Source: Paraspadella gotoi
Lineage: Eukaryota > Animalia > Chaetognatha
Reading direction: 5' to 3'
DNA: 63,968 nt
NCBI GenBank assembly: GCA_051294375.1
Contig: CM119263.1
Span: 5,640,823-5,704,790 of the forward strand
Shown: positions 43,415 to 56,997 of the stretch, piece after piece
How the letters are laid out: each line of letters begins with the position of its first letter
Position numbering within the stretch: position 1 is the stretch's first letter
Program-made: the position numbers and the translations under genes
The notes under the pieces: model-generated
The model's input: the letters and a program-made list of their open reading frames with translations, nothing else
Told to the model about the DNA's origin: nothing
Databases searched by the model: none

Positions 43415-44746
43415 AGGAAAGATGGGCCCGACGCGTGCAAAGACGCGGTTCGAGTCGAGCGAGGATCACGTGACTCATTTTGGCCAAAACTGTGATGGTG
43501 AATCGAAGAGATGGTGAATTTTAGATGTCGATTCATTTTTACAGGTTCGATCTCAAATCGCGAAACTAAACTGTAGGGCGGCGCTTTTCTCATTATATAT
43601 AATTTTTAAAAAAAATTATATTTTGTGATCACCAATTCAGATAAGGTTTACGGAATGAATGAATGAATGAATGAATGAATGAATTAATGAACGAATGAAT
43701 GGCTGAATACAATGATTTTATATTGGTTGTACCGATGAAATATTTTATAAAACTATTATACCACTTCGTTGAGAGGGAAGCCAGAAACTTCAGAAGTGAA
43801 TAAATTAGACTGTGTGTCCAAAATCAAGCGGCAAGATCGCTTATTTAATATTTATTGAACGAATGGATAATATTTATATGGGTCGTATCAAATTCATATT
43901 TTTTATAGAAGCATCGCAGGAAAAGCCCAGAGAGCCAAACCAAGAATTAAAACGAAGAAACGGTATAACTTTTAGCAAAGTCTAACCAATGAGGCTTAAA
44001 AGTTGAGAGGATGAAGAGGTGAAATGTCAAGTAAGGATGAGGAGGAAGAGGAGGAAGAGGAGGAGGAGGAGGAAGGAGAGAAAGAAGGGCGGAGGGAGAG
44101 AAGAGAGGACAAAAAAAAAGATGATGAAAGCGAAGATGAGAAAAGGTGAGAAGTTAGATGAGGTGGAAAAAAAAAAGAGTCGGAATGACGAAGCAGAACG
44201 AGGGTTTAGAAGTGAAGTGGAATTCGAGATTCGAAATGGCGGGAAAAAAATGGTTTTCGTCGTCGCCGGAACGAGACGATCGTCGTAGCGGCGAAGGCGA
44301 AATACAAGGAGGAAGGGCGAACGTGAGAGGCGACATTCAACGGCGAATGACTTGTGACTCAATCGTGACGTAAAAGTTTCATCTTTAATTCCAAGATGAA
44401 GTCATTAACGTCAACCGAATTCTACTGTCGATGAAAGACGGAAAGAGGCGAGGGTCGAACGACGACGACGACGACGACGACCCTGCTGTCGTTACTTCAT
44501 CTCCTTCGTTCACTTCTGACCGACGACGTCGCTCGATCTTCTGCTTCGCCACCATATTCAACACCACCCCTCCACCATTACCACCACTGCCACCGCTGTC
44601 ACCACTACTATCACAGCCATCACTGCCACCACTGCCACAACTCTCTCAGCTCCAAGCTCTTACCACCCGCAAGCTCTGATCAAAACTTGACCAATCTATC
44701 CCATTTTGGAAAGACTGGCACTTCTCTCTCTGCTCTCTCTCTCTCT

Positions 44747-44798
<52 letters not shown>

Positions 44799-44963
44799 TT
44801 CTCCTCCTCTTTACTCCTTCCCCTCTCTTCTCTATCGCCCTTTTTTGGGTCAAGCTCCATGTGATCCATGACCTTCCTCTATCCCTTCCTCTCTCCCTCC
44901 CTTTCTTCCCCCTTCCTTCGCGGCTTCCAAGATCGCCGCTGGATACCTCGTCCACTTAGACTA

Positions 44964-45260
44964 CAGATTCGGCACCAAGGTACAGTCACGACTCACGATC
45001 TAAAATTATCAATTTATCCACAGATGGAAATAAAGTAAACTAAATTGGATAAAATTTTGGATGAAAATTTAAACGGGTCCTGTTATGTTTTTATCATCTA
45101 AAATGGGTGGAGCCATTAACATAGTAAATAATTATTGAATGGATAATTTCTTAATTTGATATATTGGTTAAATGAAAAGATTATTTATCATTGGTTAATT
45201 TATAATAAGTATAAATGCGTAGCCGAATTAATCGAATCTGTAGCGGAGTGGCCGAATCTG
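44964..45260. mobile_element. MITE-like non-autonomous element (Tc1/mariner-type ends)
   Basis: TA|CAGATTCGGC ... GCCGAATCTG|TA: 10-bp perfect TIR, TA on both sides, AT-rich ~280-bp interior unlike the flanks; extra CGAATCTGTAG at 45233. Confidence 0.55.
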
Positions 45261-45433
45261 TAGCATCGTTGGCCGGGCTCAGATTGTCGCTTCCTTCCTC
45301 AACGCGAATGATCAACCGAAGAAAAAAAAGAGACTAATTTTAGCACAAGTGATAAATCATCGGTTGTGTCAGTTGGAGGCGGAGCGAGCACGTGTTTGGA
45401 AGGTCCATTTGGAGAAAGAGAGAGAGAGAGGGG

Positions 45434-45479
<46 letters not shown>

Positions 45480-45681
45480 AGAGAGAGATATCACTAGAAA
45501 GTTTCCAATCTGTTTCTTTGTCTTCCAAAAAGAGGAGGTAAATAACAAGGAAAAACATTAGTTCTGTCAGGAAACCGAAAAAAAGTGGATATTGGTCGAT
45601 GGTCTTCACTTACCTGTTTTAGTCGTCGTCGTCGTCGTCGTCGTCGTTGAAGACGTGATGGATGACGACAACGCGGGCGGC

Positions 45682-45722
<41 letters not shown>

Positions 45723-46370
45723 GGAAAAAGAGGACAAAGAGAAAGAGAAAAAAAAAAGGGGGGGGATATCTCGTTGGTCAGAAACGTTTGACGTCCGGAT
45801 ATAAATAGGATACAAATGTTTCTTTTTTCCAGGTAAAAAATGAAGAATGAAGGCGCAACAACATGAAATTTGGATTAAAGAGGACAGACGGNNNNNNNNN
45901 NNNNNNNNNNNNNNNNNNNNNNNNNNNNNNNNNNNNNNNNNNNNNNNNNNNNNNNNNNNNNNNNNNNNNNNNNNNNNNNNNNNNNNNNNNNNNNNNNNNN
46001 NNNNNNNNNNNNNNNNNNNNNNNNNNNNNNNNNNNNNNNNNNNNNNNNNNNNNNNNNNNNNNNNNNNNNNNNNNNNNNNNTTGTTTTAACATTCTTACAA
46101 ATTTTTTCAGTTTCAGTACATCGACAACAGTTTTTAAAATAAAAAATAAAAATAAAGTTGAATTAAAAAACAATAAAGAAAAGAAAAACAAAATTAAAAG
46201 AAAAAGAAGGAAAAAAAATGTTTTCAAGTTGTGGAAGAAATAAACCACTTCGTCTTTCCCCTTAATCTTTTCACTTTCTTAAAATTCATTTCGTCCATCC
46301 CTTGGATCTAACTCACTCCCCCTTTCCAATTTCTTCTGCCATCTCCACCATCTAACACTTTCCAACTCCC

Positions 46371-46572
46371 TTTAATGCCATTTCCCCCAGTTTCTTCAAT
46401 GCCATTTCTACTTCCATTCCATCTCCCTTCAATACCATTTCTACTTATTTCCATTCTCCTTCAATGCCATTTCCACTTCCCTTCCATCTCCCTTCAATGC
46501 CATTTCTACTTCCCTTCAACCTCCAATGCCATTTCCACCTCCCTTCCACCTCCAATGCCATTTCCAACTCCC
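46371..46572. repeat. ~29-33-bp minisatellite (TTCAATGCCATTTCYACTTCCCTTCCATCTCCC)
   Basis: About 7 units sharing aatgccatttc. Confidence 0.88.
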
Positions 46573-47701
46573 TTTTTTACTCCCCCCCGCCTCGTGAACC
46601 GAGAATCAGTTTTCGCCTGAAAAATTCGCTTCGTTTTCACTTTTATCAAAGATTGATTCTTCCGGATGCGAAGGCGAAATGCGAGGAGGCGGTTTGGGCG
46701 GAGGAAGAAACAATGGAAGCGCTTCCGGGTTATGGGAAGGAAAGCGGTTTCGGGGGAGAGGGGGGGTGGTTGAGGTAGAGAAACAGGGATGTGGGAGGGA
46801 GAAGGGAGAGATGAGAGGAAAGGGAGGAAAAGAAGGAGAGCTNNNNNNNNNNNNNNNNNNNNNNNNNNNNNNNNNNNNNNNNNNNNNNNNNNNNNNNNNN
46901 NNNNNNNNNNNNNNNAGAGAGAGCAATTAGTTGAATTTCTTCTCGCGATTTTCTCGCTTCGCTGCCTCCACGATGGAGAAAGGGGTCGGGGGGGGAGAGG
47001 GATTGAGTGTTGGAGCAGTTGGAGTGATGAGTGGAGCAATAGAAGAGTTGTGATGGAGGAGCAAAGGTGGTGAAGACTCGGGAGAGGGTGAGGTGAAGTG
47101 AAGTGAGTTTGGCTGCGAGATGTGAGATCCTCTCCTGTCCGTAAAATCTCATTCATTGTAGCCACCAACGGAAAAGCGACGTCTCTTCTATTTTCTCTTC
47201 TATCTCGTGTCTCCTCTCTTTCTTCTCTCTTTCAGTCTTACTATCTTGGGTCATCTATCTTCTCTCTTAGGATCTTTCTGTATTGGGTTACCTGTCTATA
47301 TCTTTTCTATTACAATCTTCCTGTATTAGGTGACAAGTCTTCCTTTTCTCTTACAATCACTTGTATTTTTCTGTTACACATTTACGTCGAAATTAAAAGG
47401 AATTTCTCTGCGCTAAAGATATTACTCCTCCTCTTCCTCTCTCCTCCTCTTCCTCATTCTCTTCCTTCTCCCTCAACCCCTCCTCCTCCTCCTCCTCCTC
47501 TTCCTCCTCCTCCTCTCTCCTCCGAAGCGATAATAATTTTAAATGCGAAGAAATTAAAGAAAAACTAGCGAATAATTAAAATCAATAAAACGACGAAGGA
47601 AATGATTTTTTTTTAACTAAAGAAGATTTTTCTTCTTCTTCTTCTCATCGCTGAGATGAAGAGAGAGCGAGATGTTTTATGGGAGAGAAATTATGGGGAG
47701 G

Positions 47702-47842
<141 letters not shown>

Positions 47843-48435
47843 TAGATAGAGAGAAAGACAGAGTCAACATTTTTTACGTCAGTGATCTAATTTAAAATTG
47901 GTCCATGCCGTATAAACTATGAAAAAAATTGACAAAATCAAACGAAGAAATTGGTAAATTTTGTAGTTTTCGCTCAAATAATTTAGTAAAATTCAAACGT
48001 TTTTTAACCTTAAACCTCTCAACTTCTGCCCCCTCCTCCCCTTTCCTACCCTTCTCCCCCTCCCTCCCCCTTCTCCTCTCCTTCTTCCCCCTTCTCCCTT
48101 CCTCCTCCCTTCCTCCCAATTTTCCCTTTCGTTACGTGAACCAGGAAAATAATGATTCTCGGAAATTGATCCTAAATTGGAAAGAGAGAAAAAGAGGAAG
48201 GACAAGAGCGAGAGCGAGTCAGAGTGAGAGAGAGAGAGAGTGATAGGGGGACCGACTGGCTGTGAACTTTATGAGAGCAATAAACAATAAAAGGGATAGA
48301 GGAAGGTGAAATGGAGACAAAGAGGAGGAGGAGGAGGTAGAGGAGGAAGAAGAGGAGGAAAAAAGAAGAAACAGTTTGACTGTTAAAGTTTTTTCGCAAT
48401 GTTAAGAATTTTAAATATCTTATATTGAAGTAGTT

Positions 48436-48476
<41 letters not shown>

Positions 48477-48540
48477 GGCAATTAATCTCTTTACGCAGTC
48501 TAAAGTTTTTCCTTCTTTTAATCGGCCATAATTCCGAGAC

Positions 48541-48615
48541 AAGAATGGCAGCGGAAATAGCGGTGGCCACGCCTCCCGTTCCAAAATGGCGGCGGCAGCG
48601 CCTCTAGCGGCGAAG
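48541..48615 (+). promoter_or_regulatory. Promoter-like GC island: ETS-like GCGGAAAT, KLF/SP-like GCCACGCC, YY1 CAAAATGGCGGC
   Basis: Motifs at 48551, 48566 and 48582 within 75 bp. Confidence 0.35.
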
Positions 48616-48792
48616 AAATGATTCAAAACTCGCAGCGTAAGACTTTAATGAAAACGGGAAACAGAAAATGAAAAACGAAAAAAAAAACAGTTTAACCTCA
48701 TTAAGTGAAATAAATGAAAAAAAAATCATTGAAAAAAAGAAAATAAACTCAGAGCGAAATAGATTGGAAGAAATAAAATTGAAATGAAAGAC

Positions 48793-48861
<69 letters not shown>

Positions 48862-49155
48862 AGTTTTTGAAGGAAATGAAAATTCTCGTATCTTCAAATC
48901 AGATCGAATATTTGAAATCCCTGTGGAGAGAAAAAGAGGAAGAAGGGGGAAACTATTGGGAAGTAAAGGAGAAGAGAGAAAGAGAGGGCGAGGGGTAGAG
49001 GAAGAGGGAAGGAAGAAAGGGAAAAGGAGAAAGGGAAAGAAAAATTGATGAGTGGAAAATGGGGAAAGTAGAATGGAAAAGAAGTGGAATTGTTAAATGA
49101 AAATTAATGGCTGGGGTTGCTAGTGGAAGAGGAAAAGAGGTAAAAGTTCTTTCCT

Positions 49156-49195
<40 letters not shown>

Positions 49196-49196
49196 T

Positions 49197-49236
<40 letters not shown>

Positions 49237-49490
49237 TGACAAAGACTTTGTTTCTCTTTTTCTAAATCCTTTTCTTTCTTTATTTCTTTTCTATTAAGTA
49301 TCACTTTAGAGCCCCGACGGCCCTAAATGTTCTCCGCCTGGGGTCGTTTTCTGCCCAGACGGAGCCTAAACTGCCCCTTGAAGGCTTCTCGTTGTCTTTC
49401 TCCTCTTCCTCCTCCTCCTTCTCCTCCTCTTCCTCCTCCCGGGATTTCGATCGCCGACTCCTGACGAGCGATCGAAGTCGAACTCGATAC

Positions 49491-49522
<32 letters not shown>

Positions 49523-52050
49523 CGACGGCTGAAGCGAATAATGGAGTGAGTGAATTGGTAAGTTAAGGGAATTCTTTAAAGCATCAGTCAAGGGTCGGGA
49601 AGGTGGGAACGATGGTCGTAAAAGAGATTCTGAAAACGTTTTTTAGTTTAATGATGATCATGACAACGAATTAAGAAATAATGTTAAATTTAATGCAAAT
49701 ATTTGTCTCATTGGGAAACAAGAGAAAAAAAAAGCGAAACGTTTATGCATATTGAACGTAAACAAATTCGCTGAAAGNNNNNNNNNNNNNNNNNNNNNNN
49801 NNNNNNNNNNNNNNNNNNNNNNNNNNNNNNNNNNNNNNNNNNNNNNNNNNNNNNNNNNNNNNNNNNNNNNNNNNNNNNNNNNNNNNNNNNNNNNNNNNNN
49901 NNNNNNNNNNNNNNNNNNNNNNNNNNNNNNNNNNNNNNNNNNNNNNNNNNNNNNNNNNNNNNNNNNNNNNNNNNNNNNNNNNNNNNNNNNNNNNNNNNNN
50001 NNNNNNNNNNNNNNNNNNNNNNNNNNNNNNNNNNNNNNNNNNNNNNNNNNNNNNNNNNNNNNNNNNNNNNNNNNNNNNNNNNNNNNNNNNNNNNAAAGAA
50101 AGAAAGAAACAGCGAATTTCAATACGGACGAGGTTCAACGACGTGAGTGGCGACGACGATGACGACGACAACGACGACGACGACGACGATTCTTCGTTAT
50201 CTGATCAGTAATCACAGATTTTCTTTGAAAGGACTCTCCTTGGATAAAAAACCCTTTTCTCTTTCTTTTCTGGGTTTTAACTTTTTTTCTTTTTTAGATT
50301 CAATTTTTTTTCTTCTTTTTATATTTTCGTTTCAAATGAAAATATTTTAGTGAATAAATCAAATGAAACTCTACATTCTACTTCTCTATTTTGTATCTCA
50401 CATCTCTTTTTCTCTGTTTTTCTTTTCTCCACTCTTTAACTTTTTTAATTCCCTCATTCCTTCTCTTCTCACAAAGGAGGAATGTCGAACATGAGTTTTC
50501 CTTCCAAGTTTTTCCTCTGTCTCACCCTCTCTTCCCTTTCATTTCTTATTCTACTTCTTCTTCTTCTCCTCCTCCTCTTCCTTCTCCTCCATGTTTCAAA
50601 ATCCAATGGGAGAAGAAAGAAACAAAAGAGTTTTTATTCTTTTTCCACTCAAACGCCCCCTTATCCTTTCCCCCCTCCCTCCCCCCTTTCTTCCTCCCTC
50701 TCGTCTCCCTCTCCCTCTCCCTCTCCCTCTCCCTCTCCCTCGAGTACTCTCTCTCCCCCATCGGCTTTTGTCTCATGCAAAAGTTTTTTAAAAAACTCAA
50801 ATGTAATTCATGCAAAAAGTTTGTCTTTGTTCTGTCGATACTTATATTTATATTAAGGACTTTAAAACAAATGCATAAAAAAAATAAATAAATAAAAAAA
50901 ATATTGTTCAAAGGTTGAATTTTATAATTGGCAGAAACAAAGTTACAAAGAGAAATTTTAATTGATTGAAATGTTTTTTTTTTTNNNNNNNNNNNNNNNN
51001 NNNNNNNNNNNNNNNNNNNNNNNNNNNNNNNNNNNNNNNNNNNNNNNNNNNNNNNNNNNNNNNNNNNNNNNNNNNNNNNNNNNNNNNNNNNNNNNNNNNN
51101 NNNNNNNNNNNNNNNNNNNNNNNNNNNNNNNNNNNNNNNNNNNNNNNNNNNNNNNNNNNNNNNNNNNNNNNNNNNNNNNNNNNNNNNNNNNNNTCTCGCT
51201 ATCCTTCCAAAAATTTCCGATCGAGGGCGCTGAAAGCCCGGTTCTACTCGGTTTCAAATCTGGGGTTTGAAAAGTGTAACGTCGATAGAGAAAAATTTTC
51301 GTGACCGTTAAATAAAATTGTAATTGGTACGATTAAAAAGAGGATGTGTTGATCTTTGCGGCGAACCGAAGTTGAAATGAAGTTGGAGAAGAAATTGTAA
51401 GGCGATACTAGAATAATAGAAAGAGAAATGGAAAGAGAGTGAAAGAAAGAAAGAAAGAGAGATAGAAAGAAAGAAAGAANNNNNNNNNNNNNNNNNNNNN
51501 NNNNNNNNNNNNNAAAAAAAAGGAAAGAATGAGAGAAAAAAAAACTTTCAAGAATAACTAGATTTTCGTGGAATAAATAATATTTAAAGAAATTGATCTA
51601 CTTTTTTTTTTCAGTTTTTATTTTCATTGTCAACAAAGCGAGAAGAATTTCACCGAATAAATTCACTGTAGATTAAGAAGGAGAATAAGAAATTCTCAGC
51701 GAGATCATTGTTTAGCGTAGAAAAAAGAAAGTCGGATGTTTGTAGACGTGACATCGCGTTCGATTCTCATCATTTCCTCTATCACTCCCTCTATCATAAC
51801 CGAGTTCCCCCTCGGCCCTCAGCTCCCTCTATCTCCTCCTTCAAAAACTAATACATGGTATTTTTACTTCCATTTTTCGAGGCAAAACCAAAACAAAGAA
51901 GCAACTTCTTCCAAACAACAAGATTTTTATGGATTTTCTTTCCCGGAAAAACGACCCCCCCTTTTTCCTCATCCTCCTCTTCTTCCTCTTCCTCCTCTTC
52001 CCTGCCGACGAAAACATCTTAATTCACGTTTAACCTTTTCCCCGGCCCCC

Positions 52051-52063
52051 GTTGCTTAGCAAC
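52051..52063. promoter_or_regulatory. RFX X-box motif GTTGCTTAGCAAC
   Basis: Near-palindromic consensus match. Confidence 0.5.
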
Positions 52064-52715
52064 CGACGCTGTACTCTGTTTTTGTTTATGTGTTGACCGC
52101 AGCTGCGCTTTCTATCGAGTCAAAATGTGATATATTTAGATTTGATGGAAACTGTGTTTTCTTATTCTGTGAAATTGTGTACACGTAGTTTTTTAAAGTT
52201 TTCCATCAGAAATTTTAAAAGATATCATAATCAAACGTGATTTGGAAGATGGAATTGACATTAAATTCCACGAATCTAAGAAGTGAAAAAAAATTTGGCA
52301 CAGGAAGCAGAATTCTTTTTTTCTTTTTTTGGCCTTCGTCTCGAGGCGCCTCTGGTGCCAATTTTAATGAACAACACAGATGAACAAAAGAGCAACGATG
52401 TTTTTATTAACGCGATTGTAGAAAGAAAGGAAAGAAAGGACAGAAAGATGGGAAAGGAAAGAAAGATTAGAAAGGAAAAAAAGGTGAGAAAAAAAAAAGA
52501 AATGAAAGTAAAAAAAGTAAAAACAAAGAAGGAATAAACAACCGCTGATAAATTTGGGTCATAAGAACGACTTTGGGTTTGGCGTTTTGGGCTTTGACCG
52601 CCAAAAATTAAACCGCCAGAGATTTAAACAGCTTGCCGACCTTACCGACAAGTTCGTCCTCAGAGGTCGGCTTGGTCGCAGAATCAATCCGAGACGTCGT
52701 CATCGATTTATGATG

Positions 52716-52755
<40 letters not shown>

Positions 52756-52960
52756 AAAATGCGGAAGATGGGGCAGGAAATGCAGCAGCCGACGGACGGA
52801 GCCGACAAAGTCGTTTCTCCTTCTCACCTGACGGCGTCGGTCTCCCACCCTCTTTCTCCTCCTCTTCCTCCTCTTTCTCCCCCTTTCCCTCTCGTTTGAC
52901 GATTGGTCAGTCACCAGAAACAAATGCGCAATCACGCATTAAAAATTCACGGCCCACGCA

Positions 52961-52991
<31 letters not shown>

Positions 52992-55223
52992 GCGATTTAA
53001 GGCGGCGATATATCTTCTCATCAATTACCGGAAACTCTCCCCCACGCTCACTCTNNNNNNNNNNNNNNNNNNNNNNNNNNNNNNNNNNNNNNNNNNNNNN
53101 NNNNNNNNNNNNNNNNNNNNNNNNNNNNNNNNNNNNNNNNNNNNNNNNNNNNNNNNNNNNNNNNNNNNNNNNNNNNNNNNNNNNNNNNNNNNNNNNNNNN
53201 NNNNNNNNNNNNNNNNNNNNNNNNNNNNNNNNNNNNNNNNNNNNNNNNNNNNNNNNNNNNNNNNNNNNNNNNNNNNNNNNNNNNNNNNNNNNNNNNNNNN
53301 NNNNNNNNNNNNNTCTCTCTCTCTCTCTCTCTCTCTCTCCGCTCTTGTTAATAACTGCGGCCGAAATCCGACGAACGTCTGTAGAGAACGCGAGTCGCTC
53401 GGCGAAGCGACGCGTTGGGGCGGAGGAAAGGAAAGCGAGGAAAGGAAAGGAAGGAAACAGATAAAAGAAAAGGGGGGAAAGAAAAGGGAGGACAGAAAAG
53501 GAAAGAAGGAAAAAGAAAAAGAAATGAAAAGAAGGAAAGGAAAGAAAGAAAAGAGGAAAGGTTGAAGAGGAAAGAAGAAAAAAGAAAAGAAAAGAGACAA
53601 AAGATGAAATGAATAAATTTCAGAAATTGTTGTTATCAAACAATTTACCCAAAAAATATTTTATAATATTTGTAATATTTATATTTTATTTTATTCTCTA
53701 ACCCTTTTTCTGTATATTTTGTTCTAAACTTTTACTCGCGAAACAATATAAACCTTTTTTCCTTTGTTCATCACCTCATTTCTCATTCTCCAAAGACCCT
53801 TCCTTCTACTCCCACTTTCCTTCCTCCCTCTCCTCTCTCTTTCTCATCTCTTCTTCCTTTCCCTTCCCCCTTTCCTCCCCCCCTCGTCCTCATTGGCTCT
53901 CGGGTTTCTCGCCCGCTCGCTAGGTGGCTCTCTGGGGCGTCGTAAGACTGACCAATAAGGTCTTACATCGGGAAGAAAGGAAGGAAAAGAAAAGCGAGGA
54001 AAGAAAAAGGGGGAGTCGGAAAATTGGGAGGAAAGGAAGCGAACGGAACCACCAAAAAAGGAAACGTGAGGGAAAAATAAAAGAAAGAAAAGAAAATAAG
54101 GCGGTGGTATTCCTGAGCAAAGGAAAAATAAAGGAAAAAAGGAAAAGAAAAGGAAAAGGCGGATTCCTTAGACACTGAGGAATAAAGGATAACGAAATAG
54201 GATCACAATGTAAAAGATGTGGCCAGATCCAAAGAGGAAAAAGAAAGAAAAGGGGAGGAACAGGTAGCAGCTTAATCCTGGATCCACGGAATTGACCATA
54301 AAGAATTAACATGCATTGCCGTCGACCATTCGAGGAAGATCGAGGGAGAAACCTGGTTCAAATCAGGGAAAAATAAGAAAACTAATAATTTTTTGTTGTC
54401 TCAATAAAGTGGAACGTCGTTGGTTATGACATTCCGTCAACGAATCGCACTCCTTCACGCTCATCCGAAAATTGAAAAAAACTAAAAAGTTTAAAAATTG
54501 AATGCGAAAGAAGGAAAACAACATTAAAATACAATCGAAACGAACTGTAATCTTCTTTCCAGACCTACCATCTCGTCCGAGACAGAGTGAGAATGAGGAT
54601 TGAGAGAGAGAGGAGGAGAGAGAGAGGAGAGAAGCAGAGGAGAGAGAGAGAGAGAGACGAGGCAGATGAGAGGAGATGAGATGAGAGAAGAGAGCATGAA
54701 TCTTTGATGGTGGACTCGAGGAACATCGCAGCATCACGTGACTTAAAAGGGAGGAAAGAGGGGAGAAGGGGGCAGAGAGAAGCAGAGAGACAGTCTGAGT
54801 CTTCGAGTGTAAGGAATAGAAGGTTAAGGTTAAGGTAAGGTCTGGAGGAGGAAAGACGGTGTTTTTAAAGAAAAAAAGAAGTAATATATCAGGAAATATT
54901 ATGTCTACTAAAACACAGCAATAGAAAACAAATTGAATAACATAAAATGACAAAAAAATTGATTTTGAAAAAAAAAACATTAAAAGATTTTAAAGAATCG
55001 AAAGTCGGCGACGAAAGGTTCGATTTGGGGTTTGGGGGGTTTGGGCAAAAGGGCGGAAGGCGGGTAAAAAAGAGGCAGAGGCCTGACGGGGCATGTAGAA
55101 GGAAGGGATGGATTTGATCGAGGGACGAGACCTCATGTGGAAGATTCGGAGGTGGACGATCGCTGACAGAGAGAGAGAGAGAGAGATGCTTAGAGAGAGG
55201 AGAGAAGGAGAGAGCGTCAATGA

Positions 55224-55284
55224 GGGAGATTGGGGGATTGGTGCGATTGGGGATTGGGGATTGGAGGATCGGGGATTGGAGATC
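55224..55284. repeat. ~7-bp G-rich repeat (GATTGGG), running into a gap
   Basis: gagattgggggattggtgcgattggggattggggattggaggatcggggattggagatc. Confidence 0.8.
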
Positions 55285-56984
55285 NNNNNNNNNNNNNNNN
55301 NNNNNNNNNNNNNNNNNNNNNNNNNNNNNNNNNNNNNNNNNNGGGAAAAGGAAAGGTAAGTATAAGAAGGGAAAGGAAAAGATAAGAAGAGGAACGACGA
55401 AAGAAAATGAGAAAATAAACGAAGAAAACGAGAATTAAAGAGGAAATTGCGAAAAAAAGAAGGAAAAAGGAAAAAAAGAAAAGAAAAAAAAGAATAAAAA
55501 GAAAACACGTGGAAAAAAGTATGAGGAGGAGGAGGAGGAAGAGGAGGAGGAAGAGGATGAGCTTCGACGGAATTTCTTTGCCTGTCGTCGTTTATTAATG
55601 AGAAAATCGACGGGGAGTAGGAACTAGGAAGAGGAATAGAGGGAGGAAAGGGAGGAAGGAGAAAAAAGAGATAGAGAGAGAAAGAGAAATAACAAGAAGG
55701 GAAGGGGATAAAAGATAAGGGGATGGAAAGGAAGAAGATTGAAAAAGAAAAGATGGGATAAAGAAAGGAAAACTATGAGGTGTTTAGTAAGAAGAAAGTA
55801 AAAGAGAATTTATAAAAGGAAAACAAAATTTAAATTCTTGCGACGAATTCGTTCAAATATTCAACGAAGATGTAAAGAACAAACGACGAACGACGAAAAT
55901 AACGACGACGATTTCGTCGTTCTTCCACGCGGGATCGAGGGGGGGGCGAAGGGGGGCGGTAACGAAAAGCGCCGGATCTCGAGAGGCGACGTTTGGCGGC
56001 GCCAGCGGCGAAATCGGCGGCGCCGGCGGCGACGGAAAAGCAGTCACCTACGACCCTCAACTGACAACACCGTCGGCTACGCCGCCTCCGCAGTCGCCGC
56101 CGCAGTCACCGCCGCCGCCGCCGATTTCCGGTGGCGACGACGACAACAACAACAACGAAATGAAAAACGAAAATCCCATGAATAAATCAGATTCGATTGT
56201 AGAGTCGAAACTTCGCCTGCGTTTGGCAACAACAACAACGACAACAACGACGACAACAACAACGGCAACAGCAGCAAAAACAATTCTCGATTTATTTATG
56301 AGGCGACTAAACCTTTATCAGTCAATCCCTAATTGCGAGCGAATCTCGCTGGACGGACTTTTCGTCATTTTCGACGTCGTCATTGTTGTCCTCAATGTCA
56401 TCCCCGTCTTTGTCATCTGTGTCATTTCCGTCATTGTCACTATTCCCTCTTCTCTTTACGATTATTTTATTTCTTGAAATTTCCTTATCCTCATTTTCGC
56501 TTCTTCCATTAACAATGAATTTGGCCCGTCGGCGGTGACTTGCACTAATTTTCCTCTTCTCTCTCTCTCTCTTCTCTCTCTTCTCTCTCTCTCTCTCTCC
56601 TTCTCTCTCTCTCTCTCTCTCTCTCTCCTCCTCTCTCTCTTCTCTCTCTCTCTTCCTATTGGTCTCTAAGCCCTTGGGTGGCGCCCATTCTTCTTGCTTT
56701 GTACAGCAGAAAAGTGATTGGCTAAGTTGAGGGTGTTGCGTTGACCTCACCGAAAGCGTCTTTCCTTTTTTTATTTCTTCTTCTTTTTCCTGTGTTTGTT
56801 TTCTTTTTAAAAGTGGGAGATAAAAACACAATACGTAAAAGAGAGATTACGCTTGTTTAATGTTACGTAAACTCGTTATTAGTTTCATGGCGAATTCTTT
56901 AATAATAAAATATAAAATTAAATTTGAATGATGTTTTATAAATGAATTAATTTTACGTTTTTTTTAATTCTCTTATTTCCTTTT

Positions 56985-56997
56985 GTCTCCTGGCAAC
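56985..56997. promoter_or_regulatory. RFX X-box motif GTCTCCTGGCAAC
   Basis: Consensus match; degraded in the inverted copy (~63216), so base calls are uncertain. Confidence 0.3.

Noticed and set aside
44609-44620. miR-2/13-like TATCACAGCCAT
   Set aside because: Lies inside a CCACCACTG-type repeat; the 3' half does not match and there is no complementary arm.
55224-55284. Interstitial telomeric repeat
   Set aside because: The GATTGGG unit is degenerate and does not match TTAGGG, TTAGG or TTAGGC.
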